A DNA stretch of 64,000 bases. It comes from Camelus dromedarius. Lineage: Eukaryota. A program made the translations under genes and the position numbers. The stretch is from the NCBI RefSeq assembly GCF_036321535.1, contig NC_087447.1:33916001-33980000 (forward strand), read 5' to 3'. Below, piece after piece: positions 49,236-59,752 of the stretch (position 1 is the stretch's first letter; each line of letters begins with the position of its first letter). The notes under the pieces were generated by a model. It was not told the DNA's origin. It was given only the letters and a program-made list of their open reading frames with translations, and ran no database searches.

Positions 49236-51199
49236 GAGGGGCATGGAGGGTGTCAATGCGCAAGCTAATAAGTGTAAAAACTACACCCAGGGAAATACCT
49301 CAGCAGGAGAGGAGGTCTAGGGAAGGGGGGCGTTAGGAAGGCCCTGGACTAACTTTGAGTTCATATCACCCCTCAAAATAAAGCCCTGCAAACGGAGGCT
49401 CTCTTCTGAAATTCCCAGTAGACTGGGCAAGCGCTTCCTTGATGGGAAACACAACATCTTTAGTCCCGGCTTTCCTCCTTCTGGCAACTGGCAACCGCTC
49501 CCAGAAGCGGGGTATGGAAGGAAAGCAGGAGGGAACAGAGGAGTAAGTGGAGGAGAAGGAGGAAGAGAAGGAAGAAGAGGAGAAAAAGAAGAAAAGAGAA
49601 GGAGGGAGAAATTGCAAAACCAGAGCCGGTCCTCCTGCTTCCAGAAAGCGGTTGGTGGGCAGGAGTTTTGGGGAATGAAAACTTTGCGGCAAGGTGAAAG
49701 CACACGTGTTCAAACACTTTAGACTTTTTCTCCCCTATTTTGTCACAAAACTTCAAAAAGAGGAACACTTGACGTTCTTCAAAGATCTCTCTTCCATTTC
49801 CAGGGGACCCCAGTTAACTTCAGCAACGCATTCCCCATATTTAAATAGCCTCTTATTTAAAAGTTGCTCCTTGCCTTAGTGGTTTTCCACCCCCTGCTGC
49901 CCCGAACGCCTTCCTAAAAAGTCTTGGGCTCAGAAGTTCTGTACTTGCGTCATCCTGGAGCATTAATTCGGCTCCAGAGCTCGGCCCTAAATAACTTTTT
50001 AATTTGAATCAAGGGAGAGCTTTAGCGGGCTCCGTTTCTGGTTTAATGTGATATAAATCGCAGATGCACTTTTATTGAATGGTTAAAGCAGCGACATGGA
50101 GATCATCAACACAAAACACCCTGAACAAAACCATCGAGAGAAATAAAGCTGGTTAATAAGATTTTTGAGAAAGCTTTGTGTTAAAAAGCAAAAAGGAAAA
50201 CCAGCTGAAGGTGACAGTTAGTTCATGGTTAATAGGATCAGGGCGGCCTGGCGAGGCTGCACACTTCTCTTTGGGGAGGTTCAGCTACACCAAAGAAATG
50301 AATGGGACATTTAACACATCTGTTATCTAGCCGGGCAGAGAAACTGGGAATTGAGGCTCAGCACCACTCCAGCCCCAAACCAGAGGAAAGTGAAGTCTTG
50401 TCTATAGGAAGATTCTCATTTGAAGCGCCAAATTAAGAATAGTCTTTCCTGATGTGGACCATATTTTGGGGAACCGCCTCTTTTCGCGCTGTTCTCACTT
50501 GTTTGCGTATTGCAGGTGGTTAAGCAGCAGCAAACCTTTGGCCAGATAAATGCGTAGGGCTCTCTCGGGATGAATCCCAGTCTTAGCTGTTGTGTCTTTA
50601 AAAGTCCAGGCTGTGAATTTCAACTGAAACTGCCGAGGGCTCCTTGAGGTTGGAAGAGGGCCAGCGCAGCACCCAAAGCCTTCAGGTCGCCTTGCCTGAG
50701 GCAGCTACCGACAGAGGTAAGCCCCTGCGATAGGAATCCCGCCGCCTTACCCCGTTGCGAAGCTGCCCTCTGCTAATCCCCATAGTGAGCTGTGGATCGT
50801 TCCGCAGTGACACCTCTTCTAAAGACCCGTCGCTGAAAATCGTTTTCAAAGTCGCTGGGAGTTGGCAGAAGAGTCATATCACTGTTCAGGTGTCCACCAA
50901 CTCTCTCAAACTCAATTAGTTTCCCAACATAAAATAACTCAAATCAAGACCTCCCCTCTCCACCCCTACGGTCGCACATCCAATAGCCCCAAAGCATTAA
51001 TTTCAAGTCTGAGTTGTTAGAAAGGCACTCTCCTACACCACATTTATTTAACCCACCCCTCGCATCTACTTTTTGCCTCAGCTGGAGTAATGTATAGGGC
51101 TGAGACTGAAAAGGGAGTATATTTTCATGTTCACTGACTTGAAATTTTCCATTGCCCTTCCCACAAGGGGGGAGGGTTACTTTACTGATTGCCTGGAGA

Positions 51200-51650
51200 T
51201 GAATTTCTATGAATATTTATTGATTTATTTTCCAGGCTCAGCAGGGGAGCTGCAAATAAATTTAGTGCGTTCTTTAAATAATTCCTTTTCTATGAGGCAA
51301 GATGTCATCTGAAACTTCTAAATAGGCATTTAATTAGCCCCGGTGTTGCTTTGGAACAAAAACTCCCGGCGAGAGCTTTGGGGGCGCACTGTATTGCAAA
51401 GAGGCGGTCGATATGCAGAATTGATGCGCGCCAGCCTTTGTTGCCGGCCCATTGTGCGGGCCATGCTTATGAAGACTAATCCAATCATAAATTGCACCCC
51501 TGCGCCAATCAGAGCGCCCAGAGCCTCTGGCGAATGAAGCTCGAGTGGAGAACTTTGTTGAACTTCATTGTCAGAGCTGTCACTTTTCAAAGCGCTTTAA
51601 CGGGCGGGCTACTATAAAACCATCACCTCGACGGGAGGACCAAGGAGGAC
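51200..51650 (+). promoter_or_regulatory. DBX1: DBX1 core/proximal promoter
   Basis: TATAAAA 51613-51619, GGGCGG GC box at 51602, CCAAT at 51481 and 51505, SOX-like CATTGT/CTTTGTT, TCF-like TTCAAAG 51586-51592, TTAATTAG homeodomain site; ~180 bp upstream of the ATG with no ATG between TATA and start codon. Confidence 0.8.
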
Positions 51651-52450
51651 TCGCAGACGCCCAAGAGGGATCGTTACTTGAAGACCTTTGCTAAGCCCAA
51701 GAGAGGGGGCATTGAGGGGGCGGGAGGGGCGGGAAGCCAGCCATTTACCCTCTGGCCACTGGAAGAAGGGTTTTTTCCGCCCGCCCCGCTCCTAACATGA
51801 TGTTCCCCGGCCTCCTCGCGCCCCCCGCCGGGTACCCCAGCCTCCTGCGCCCCACGCCCACCTTAACGCTGCCCCAATCCCTGCAGTCGGCATTTTCCGG
51901 CCACTCGAGCTTCCTGGTGGAGGATCTGATCCGCATCAGCCGACCTCCAGCCTACCTGCCCCGCAGCGTGCCCACCACCAGCATGTCGCCCCCTAGGCAG
52001 AGGGCCCCTGCGGCTCTCACAGACACCGGGGCCTCGGACCTGGGCTCCCCGGGCCCGGGCAGTCGGCGGGGCGGCTCACCGCAGACAGCTGCCTCCCCTG
52101 CCAGCGAGCCCACGTTTCTGAAGTTTGGAGTGAACGCCATCCTCTCCTCGGCGCCCAGAACTGGTAAGTGAGAGCTAAACGCTGAGAGCCTGTCTAAGTG
52201 CGGAGTCCTTCTGGCCTCAGTTTCCTATATGCAGCGGGTACCCACGCACACAAGCGGCACACACACCTGTGCACGATCCCCGAGGCCCCATGTCAAGCAG
52301 TGTAAAACTTAGGTCCAGAATTCCCGGAAGAAAAGCCTCACCCTCAGAATGAAATTGAATACCTGCAGTGTGAGAGCGCGCACAGTTCCCTGGCGCAGCG
52401 AAATTGAGCGCACTCCCCTGGGCGTCTGCGTTTGCGTCCTCTAGCTTCTG
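51350..52450. promoter_or_regulatory. CpG island over DBX1 promoter and exon 1
   Basis: Dense CpG, GC-rich. Confidence 0.8.
51797..52163 (+). CDS. DBX1: DBX1 coding exon 1 (MMFPGLLAPPAGYPSLLRPTPTLTLPQ...FGVNAILSSAPRT); contains two eh1-like Groucho/TLE motifs, FLVEDLI (51911-51931) and FGVNAIL (52124-52144)
   Basis: Translation matches the known DBX1 N-terminus; ATG at 51797; donor G|GTAAGT at 52164; 367 nt, phase 1. Confidence 0.97.
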
Positions 52451-52801
52451 GGAGCCAGTTTTTTAAACCCAAGACAATACATTTACTAGCTTTGCTAGTA
52501 TTATGGATCTGCAATTCTTTTCTTCCCCTCCCCAGTCCTACCTATCTCATTAGTGCCTAGGATAACATTAGGGACAGGGGCGACACTGAGGACTATTGGT
52601 GGGGGGAGGATTTCCACAGATGAAGACAGTGTTAGGAAAAGATTTATTTTATTCTGGCAGTGCATTGAGGAAGATGCCTTTGAAACCAGCCTAAGGGTTA
52701 ATCATGTCATGTATTCAATACGATGTACAATAATCATGTATGTAATCAAATTCCCTTTCTGTCTCCCGACTTCTTTTCCTCCTTCCCTCACTATCTCCCA
52801 G

Positions 52802-52903
52802 AAACGTCCCCCGCCTTGCTCCAGAGTGTCCCTCCCAAGACCTTCACCTTTCCCTACTTTGAAGGCTCCTTCCAGCCTTTCATCAGATCTTCTTATTTCC
52901 CAG
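52802..52903 (+). CDS. DBX1: DBX1 coding exon 2 (ETSPALLQSVPPKTFTFPYFEGSFQPFIRSSYFP)
   Basis: Long polypyrimidine tract then CCAG| at 52801; donor CAG|GTAGGT at 52904; 102 nt keeps phase 1; DBX-family PYFEGSFQPFIRSSYFP motif. Confidence 0.96.
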
Positions 52904-54805
52904 GTAGGTCTCATCCCCCTTCCTTTCACGAGGCTGGGCGGTGCACCAGCCCCAGCCCGTCGCTCCCTGCGAAGCCATATTTCTCCGTCCACCCCACGGG
53001 GTTACGCTCTGGTTCAGAGGTTGCGAGGCGTACAACATTCACGAATCCGTCGCGCCAATTTGATGCCCTATTTAGCACAAGCAGTGACTGCTTGACACTT
53101 TGCACCAATTCCCTGCTCTACAAATTAGCAGGAATTGTCATGGTCCCAATTTGAGGCGGTTCCCTTCCCGGAGAGGAGCTGTTGGCATCCCTTCACGCCG
53201 CCGTTTTCCCACAGAGTCAGTGCACTTGGCCACGATTCCCCACAAAGGTTTCAGCACCATGACCAATTGGTCAGCTCCTCCGGGCAGCCACACACAGACC
53301 AGCCCCTCGTCCCTCCGAGCCGTGGAGAGACACCTACCAGCCGGGGCTAATTTCTCTTTAAGACTCATTCAGGGCTTCGGGCTTTTCACAAGACCACATA
53401 GGGTGCCCTCTTGTGTGGGATGCCTGGGGTTGCCCAGGGGGAGGAGGACTAGATACTCCCATAATCCCAGTCTTCTATTTCCAACCTGATTTCCCAAACT
53501 CTTCTCATACCCTCCCCCCACCACTATACCGTTTTAAAGACCGTTGAGCTCATAAAATAAGAGCTCATAATTGGGTCCCAGTCTAAAGGAGAAACACCTC
53601 AAACAGGTTCCACGAGGTTTTCATCCTGGAATCCCCGTGGTGGCTCAAACTATGGTTCAAAAACGCTGCAGTTGGTCAAGACTGAGGAGACAGAGGAACT
53701 CCTATAAAGGGAAGAGGGACTGGGTGGGGGATGGGATCCACAGCACTCCCAAATATCAGCGAAAGAAACACGCAATTGATTTCTGAAAGGGGGAGAGAGA
53801 ATTCACCAATGCCCCCCCCAACCACCATTCATGCTGCTGCTGCTAATGGAATTTGCTCCCTTTCTCCCCCATCTCAATGCCATAACAAAAACAACCCGAG
53901 CTTTATAAATAGCTTTTCATGTCCATTTAATGAAAATGATTGGGGGAAGAGAAGCCTCTGCCATCAGTATTCTCCCAATGGTCTTGGCCTGCAGTTGTGT
54001 TTAGTTTGAAAGTGTAAATCTCTTTTGTCCCAGTAATATATGGCTTTCGCTGCTTGTCCTCAGTCTTTTTCTGTTAGTTCATTACTACACAATTACCATT
54101 CACGCTTCATTAGAGTCTCTGTTTCTTTTGGGGTTTTTTTTTTCTCCCTTAAAGCAAAACTCCCCCCCCCCTTTTATCATGCCAATACCCATTGGGAAGC
54201 GGTCAATGTGCTAATTAGCTGCCACTTTTCATGTATCGGGCCACATTTTGTGGGGGAGGGGAGGAAAGATTAATATAGAAAAGATGAATACTGATTGGAT
54301 TTTTCAAATAATAAAAAATCCAAAGCGGATTTTCTCCTCTCTATCAAATCAGTAAAGCACCTCATTTTCATCTAAAGAATGCAAAAGCTATCAACGTGCT
54401 AAAAGCGTAGAGGGAAAACCCAGTGGCCTCGGCTGGATATTTTATTTTTACTTTTGTAATTTTTTTTTCTGTTGCTATTTTACTGACGCACGCAGGTTTG
54501 TTTCCCTGAGACCGCTGAATGGAAAAAACCAAACAGGCTATTGTGGGGGATGTTTTCTGTTTCCCTGGTTTTACCTAATCCGGGTTTGCACGGTTGAAAG
54601 GGAAAGTTATTTGGGCGGAAAGCGCCTTTCACTCTCTCAGGTTTGTAGGTTCGTAGCCTATTCTCCAGAGGGAGAGAAAGGAGAGCTTTAAAAAGATGAA
54701 GGGATCAGAGAGAAAAACGCAAGGAGGCCACAGTGGAGGGTCGGACGCCACTGGCCCCAGCGGGATACCTCCCACTCACTCACCTCCCACCCCTGGTCTC
54801 CGCAG

Positions 54806-55008
54806 CGTCCTCCAGCGTCGTGCCCATCCCGGGGACCTTCTCCTGGCCGCTGGCCGCCCGCGGCAAGCCTCGCCGGGGCATGCTGCGTCGAGCCGTGTTC
54901 TCTGATGTGCAACGCAAGGCGCTGGAGAAGATGTTCCAGAAACAAAAGTACATCAGCAAGCCCGATCGCAAGAAGCTGGCGGCCAAGTTGGGCTTGAAAG
55001 ACTCACAG
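54806..55008 (+). CDS. DBX1: DBX1 coding exon 3 (ASSSVVPIPGTFSWPLAARGKPRRGMLRRAVFSDVQRKALEKMFQKQKYISKPDRKKLAAKLGLKDSQ); homeodomain residues 1-44 at 54877-55008
   Basis: Acceptor CGCAG| at 54805; donor CAG|GTGAAG at 55009; 203 nt restores phase 0; FSWP motif and DBX homeodomain helices 1-2. Confidence 0.97.
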
Positions 55009-55421
55009 GTGAAGGCACTATCCCCACAGCTCCTCTCTCCCACGCATCGGACAAATGGCAGGGTTCTCTGAAACTGCATAGGTCCCATTGTACAGATGGG
55101 GAAGCTCTAGAGAGGGAATAAGTGCACGAGCCAGCTTCGCAGAGACCTCTCAGGAAAGCCCGCTTCTCTCTCGGGCTCAGAGCCCCCTACCCCCACCCCC
55201 GACCTGGGCCAGGGGCCCGAGGACGTGGCGAGAGGTGCGAGAAGCTGAGGTGGGGGTGGCGGCAGGGTAAGCGCCCAGTCCTAACCGAACTCACTTTACC
55301 GGATGGGGAGCAGGCAAGGAGGGGAAGGACACGGCCTCCTTCCCGCTCTCTTGGGGCGGTTGGGGTAGAGGTGGGGTCTGCGCTAACCTCTGCGGCTCCC
55401 CTTTCACCCCTCTCGCCCCAG

Positions 55422-55787
55422 GTGAAAATCTGGTTCCAGAACCGGCGCATGAAGTGGCGGAATTCCAAGGAACGCGAGCTCTTGTCTAGCGGGGGCTGCC
55501 GTGAGCAGACCCTTCCCACCAAACTCAATCCGCACCCAGACCTCAGTGACGTGGGTCAGAAGGGTCCTGGGGACGAAGAGGAGGAGGACGAGGGCCAGGG
55601 CAGCCCCCGCCACCGCCTGGTCTATCACGCGTCCCCCGACCCTCCGCACCTGCGGGACCCGCGGCTGCGGCTGCAAGGGCCGCTGCCCTCTTCGCCCGCG
55701 CACTCAGGCAGCCCTGACAAACCTTCGGACTTCTCCGACTCCGAGGACGATGAGGAGGGTGCGGAGGAGGAGATCACCGTGTCTTAG
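55422..55787 (+). CDS. DBX1: DBX1 coding exon 4 (VKIWFQNRRMKWRNSKERELLSSGGCREQTLPTK...EEEITVS*): homeodomain helix 3 and acidic C-terminus
   Basis: Acceptor CCCCAG| at 55421; WFQNRR recognition helix; TAG ends at 55787; the four exons sum to 1038 nt = 345 aa + stop. Confidence 0.97.
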   Translation: MKIWFQNRRMKWRNSKERELLSSGGCREQTLPTKLNPHPDLSDVGQKGPGDEEEEDEGQGSPRHRLVYHASPDPPHLRDPRLRLQGPLPSSPAHSGSPDKPSDFSDSEDDEEGAEEEITVS

Positions 55788-56950
55788 AAGCCTTCCCGCG
55801 CCCGGTGTTACTGATTGATTATAAGTGCTTTGAAATTGAAGAGGTGGGATTCAGTGCGTGTTCACTTAGTCTCCTCTGCCCAGACGCTGCCGCGCCCTGC
55901 TGAGCTTTTACCTCGTCTAGGGCACCTCGGTCCCTTCCATTGCCCCAAGTGACATTCCCTTCCCCCACAAAACACCTCCCAACAGCCACTCCACAGAAGT
56001 TTAGGTCTTGGTCCCAGCCTTAACTTTTCCACAGGGGCTCCTATCTTGTTTATTGCAAGCAATTTTAAACACAGTGGGGTGTTTACTCCCACAGCCTGCG
56101 TTTAACGGAGACAGGCCCCGCTGGTCTGCAGCAGCAGCAACCCTGGAAGATAGGAAACCCTTTATGAAGTTGGAAGCCGAGTTAGGAGTCACAATATCAA
56201 GCATCTAACTTCAGGACCCCTGACTTCCTAGATTCCATCCCCCTCCCTATCTGAGGTAGCAAGGGCCTCCTACCCAACTCCAGACTCTGGTAACCCAGTC
56301 TTCCCCATAGCAGTGTCCTTAGAAAGCTCAAGAATTTCAAAAAAAAAAAAAAACAAAACAAAAAAACCCCTATCTGTGCCTTTTGGTCTAAGGTACCACG
56401 TAATAATGAGTCTTTTCTAAGTGTCATATTCCAAAAGCTCTCTGGGAAAAAGAAGCAAGTTCTCTAAATGGGAGGAGGAAGAGTCAGTCTCTGTATGTGC
56501 ATTAAAAAAAAATTTTTTTTTTTTTTTACTATTTCTGCATTCATAGTCTATGCACTAAGCACTCTACCTTGTGCCCCTTTATTATTTCTGGGGAGGTTTC
56601 ACTGAGCACTGGGCATGATATGAACAGAAAGAAACCTACAAGCCTCTTTGATTTTTTTTTCATGGAACTTTGCTGTCTTTGCACAGCTTTTATGAACTGT
56701 ACATTATTTTGTACACAGGTATGGATATTTTATACCAAGGTTATTGTGAATGATATAAAGGACTGACTAGATTTCCTTCTCTCTTTTTTGCAATGGTTTT
56801 TAAACTTTAAAAAGGTAGCTGTTTAATTGCATAACTTATAAAGAAATACTTATTTTGTATTTTTACTATGTACAGATTTTTATATATATATATGTATGTA
56901 TGTATCAAATGAACAAATGCTAAATAAAAAGTAGAATGGACACAATGGTC
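55788..56950 (+). other. DBX1: DBX1 3' UTR
   Basis: Follows the stop codon; AU-rich distal half; ends near AATAAA 56923-56928 (cleavage site inferred). Confidence 0.75.
56923..56928 (+). terminator. DBX1: Polyadenylation signal AATAAA of DBX1
   Basis: Canonical hexamer after U-rich and TGTA upstream elements; repeat-derived sequence resumes just downstream. Confidence 0.75.
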
Positions 56951-58129
56951 AAGTGATATCCCTAACTCACGGAATGTTAGAGCTATTCTAGTTCAAGGAA
57001 TGGAGCTATTCTAGTTTAAGAGCTACTGGAATTCACAGAAGGCATATGTCTAAAGCACCCAACTAGTTAGTGGCCAAGCTGGAACTAGAGCCCATCTGAC
57101 TCTGAGGTCAGTGCCTTTTCTGCTTCCCTGTATCCTAAGAAAGCCACATTTGCTATGGTTACAAGTAAAATAGCTCCAGTAAAGTGATACCGACAAGCTG
57201 AGTGTGCATCCTGCTTCCCTAATCTAAGGACTGAAATGATGGATTGAAAGAAATCAATGAAAGTCAATTTTAGTGGTTCAAATTTGCAATGATTTTTCTT
57301 TCCTTCCTTGAAGGCATATTTTCTAGTCTCCAGGGAAGCTCAAAGTTGGTTTTGACTTTTGCTTCTGAACTGATATTATTAGGAATGCCATCTACAGGAA
57401 GGGCTTGGGAACCCTTGGGAGACAGACTCTGGGGTTCCCCAGTCAAACTAAAGTTCTTTAAGGACTAACTTACAGCAAAAATGATTTATTTGACCAGCAA
57501 CGAGTAACGAACATCAGGTTAGAATTCTGGCAGGGGCTTTGTGCCCTTTAAGAGATTGGTCTCTGCTGCATCAGCTGCACAGACACACATTTGTTTATTA
57601 TCCTAACCCACACCCCAACAGTCAGGGGAAAAACGTTGTCAAGCTTACATTTCAGTTGTTTGTATTTTACTTGAAATTTGAATATATTCTATTCTTAACT
57701 CTCTTTTCAAATAACACAAAGCCCCCTCCATGATAAGGTTCTGAAATCCTCCCCTGCTGAGCCCATTCCTGACATTGGAAATCACTGTTCTCATTGTTTA
57801 TACGGTCATGGGAATTTGGGGGAAAACGATCTTTATTATCAATTATCTTAATTCAAGAAATCTCCCACATCTCCCCCTCAATACATATGAAAGCATTAGC
57901 ATGGTGTCCTGCATGATAGGCATACAGTCTTTCAGATAGGAAACCCGCTCTGCTCTGAGTGATTCAGGTTGTTTTCTCCTTCCCTCTGCTGTTGCCAGGA
58001 GGGATATCTAGGGATGGAATCCCGACCAGAAGTGGCCCACTTTTTCTCTCTACCAGCTCAAGCCTGCAGTTATTACTTACAGTCAAGAACTGTTTTCAGG
58101 CAAGGGGATGGATCCATGCCTACATCAAA

Positions 58130-58680
58130 GTACTCTGGTGGCACACCCCTGTGCACTGCAGCATTATTTACAGTAGTCAAGAAGTGTTCACGTTCACACC
58201 ATTCCCATTATTCACAATAGCTTCCACAACCCAAATGCCTACTGATGGATGAGTGGATAAAGAAAAAGTGGTATACAGACACACACAATGGAATATTACT
58301 TAGCCTTAAAAAGGAAAGAAATCCGGTCAGACATTCATTCATGTCACACTCATGTCAACAAGAATAAACTTTGAGGACATTATGCTGAGTGAAATAAGCT
58401 AGTAATGAAAAGGCAAATACTATATGATTGCATTTATATGAGGTATCTAACGTAGTGAAACTCATAGAAAGAGAAAGAATATGGTTGCCAAGGGCCAGGT
58501 TCAGGGGAAATAGGGAGTTGTTCATTGGGTACAGAATTTCAGTTTTACAAGATGAAAAAGTTCTAGAGATCTGCTGAGCAACAATGTGAATATAGTTAAC
58601 ACTACTGAACTGCAAATTTAAAATGGTTAAGATGGTAAATTTCATGTTTTTTTAACCTCAATTTTAAAAAATAAAATAAA
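58130..58680 (+). mobile_element. L1MA9/L1MB-like 3' end
   Basis: GCAGCATTATTTACA...GAGGACATTATGCTGAGTGAAATAAGC...AAAATGGTTAAGATGGTAAATTT, A-tail. Confidence 0.8.
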
Positions 58681-59752
58681 TTGGAAAAATAATTTAGATA
58701 TTAAAAGATTTAAAAATTCAGTAATGGTCAAAATTATGGCAGGCAAGTGAAAAATCTGAGGTAAGCAATATTATCATAAGACAACATAAAATTCAAAGCA
58801 AGATGTGTTATATGATGTAAATGAAGGTATTTTTCTACATTAATAGAAGTTAAGAAAACCCAGAAAAGGAAAAAAATACTCTGGAGATTTAAAATAAAAA
58901 AGTATACTACTGCTCTACATTCACAAAGATTTACTTCTTGAGAATTTCATACGGCACATTGAGGCTCATTTCAGTGCCTCTTTTTAGCTGAGCATCACAA
59001 GGGTGAGGGCCATGTCTGTATGCATACTGTTTCCCTAGTGTCATGCATTGTCCCTAACACGTATTAAGTGTTTGATGTGTGTTGTATAAATAAATAAAAG
59101 GAGGGACAGAGTCTGGACCATAGGTCTGAAAGCTCTAAATCTTTCAAATGAGCTGAAGGATTACTTAGGCTGATAATAAAGAAAAAGGAAAAGACTAAAT
59201 TAACTGGTCAAATGTGTTGTTAAAAACCAAATCAATTACTGTAGTCGAAAAGACTGAAATAGTTATAACTACAAGCTGAAGAATAATAAATACTAAAAGA
59301 AAGAATTTTTATCGAGCACCTATTATGTGGCAGGCAGGCATTCTGCAGGGTGCCTTATACATCAGTGCTGCTCAAACTTTAATGAGCATAAGATCACCTG
59401 GGAATCTTACAAAAATGCAGATCATGATCCAGAGCTCTGGGTATTCAGCATTGTTAACCCCCTGTTGGTCCACAGAACATTCTTTAATTAGCAAAGATTT
59501 ACATGGAGTTTTATTCTCACCCTCTAAGGTAGATATTATTATCCCCACATTACAGATGGAAAAACTGAGGCTAGGAGTTTTGGTAATTTCCCAGTGCTTA
59601 TCTCAGCCAGAATTCAAATTCAGGCTTAAATACACCATCTTGCTTCCTTGACTAAACTGGTAAAAACCCATTTAATCAAACTCCAACCAATAGAGCTTTA
59701 TGTTTTTTAATATTCTGAAGTTATGAGGGGAAAAAAAATCAATGGCTATTTA

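Larger units (their letters stand above)
54700..55900. promoter_or_regulatory. Intragenic CpG island over DBX1 exons 3-4
   Basis: Dense CpG, GC-rich. Confidence 0.75.

Noticed and set aside
52553..53489. Extended ORFs around DBX1 exon 2
   Set aside because: Only 52802-52903 has splice signals and DBX homology; the rest is intronic read-through.
55122..55421. 100 in-frame codons upstream of exon 4 as an alternative N-terminus
   Set aside because: GTG start in GC-rich intron 3; no promoter evidence; the canonical acceptor at 55421 explains the gene.
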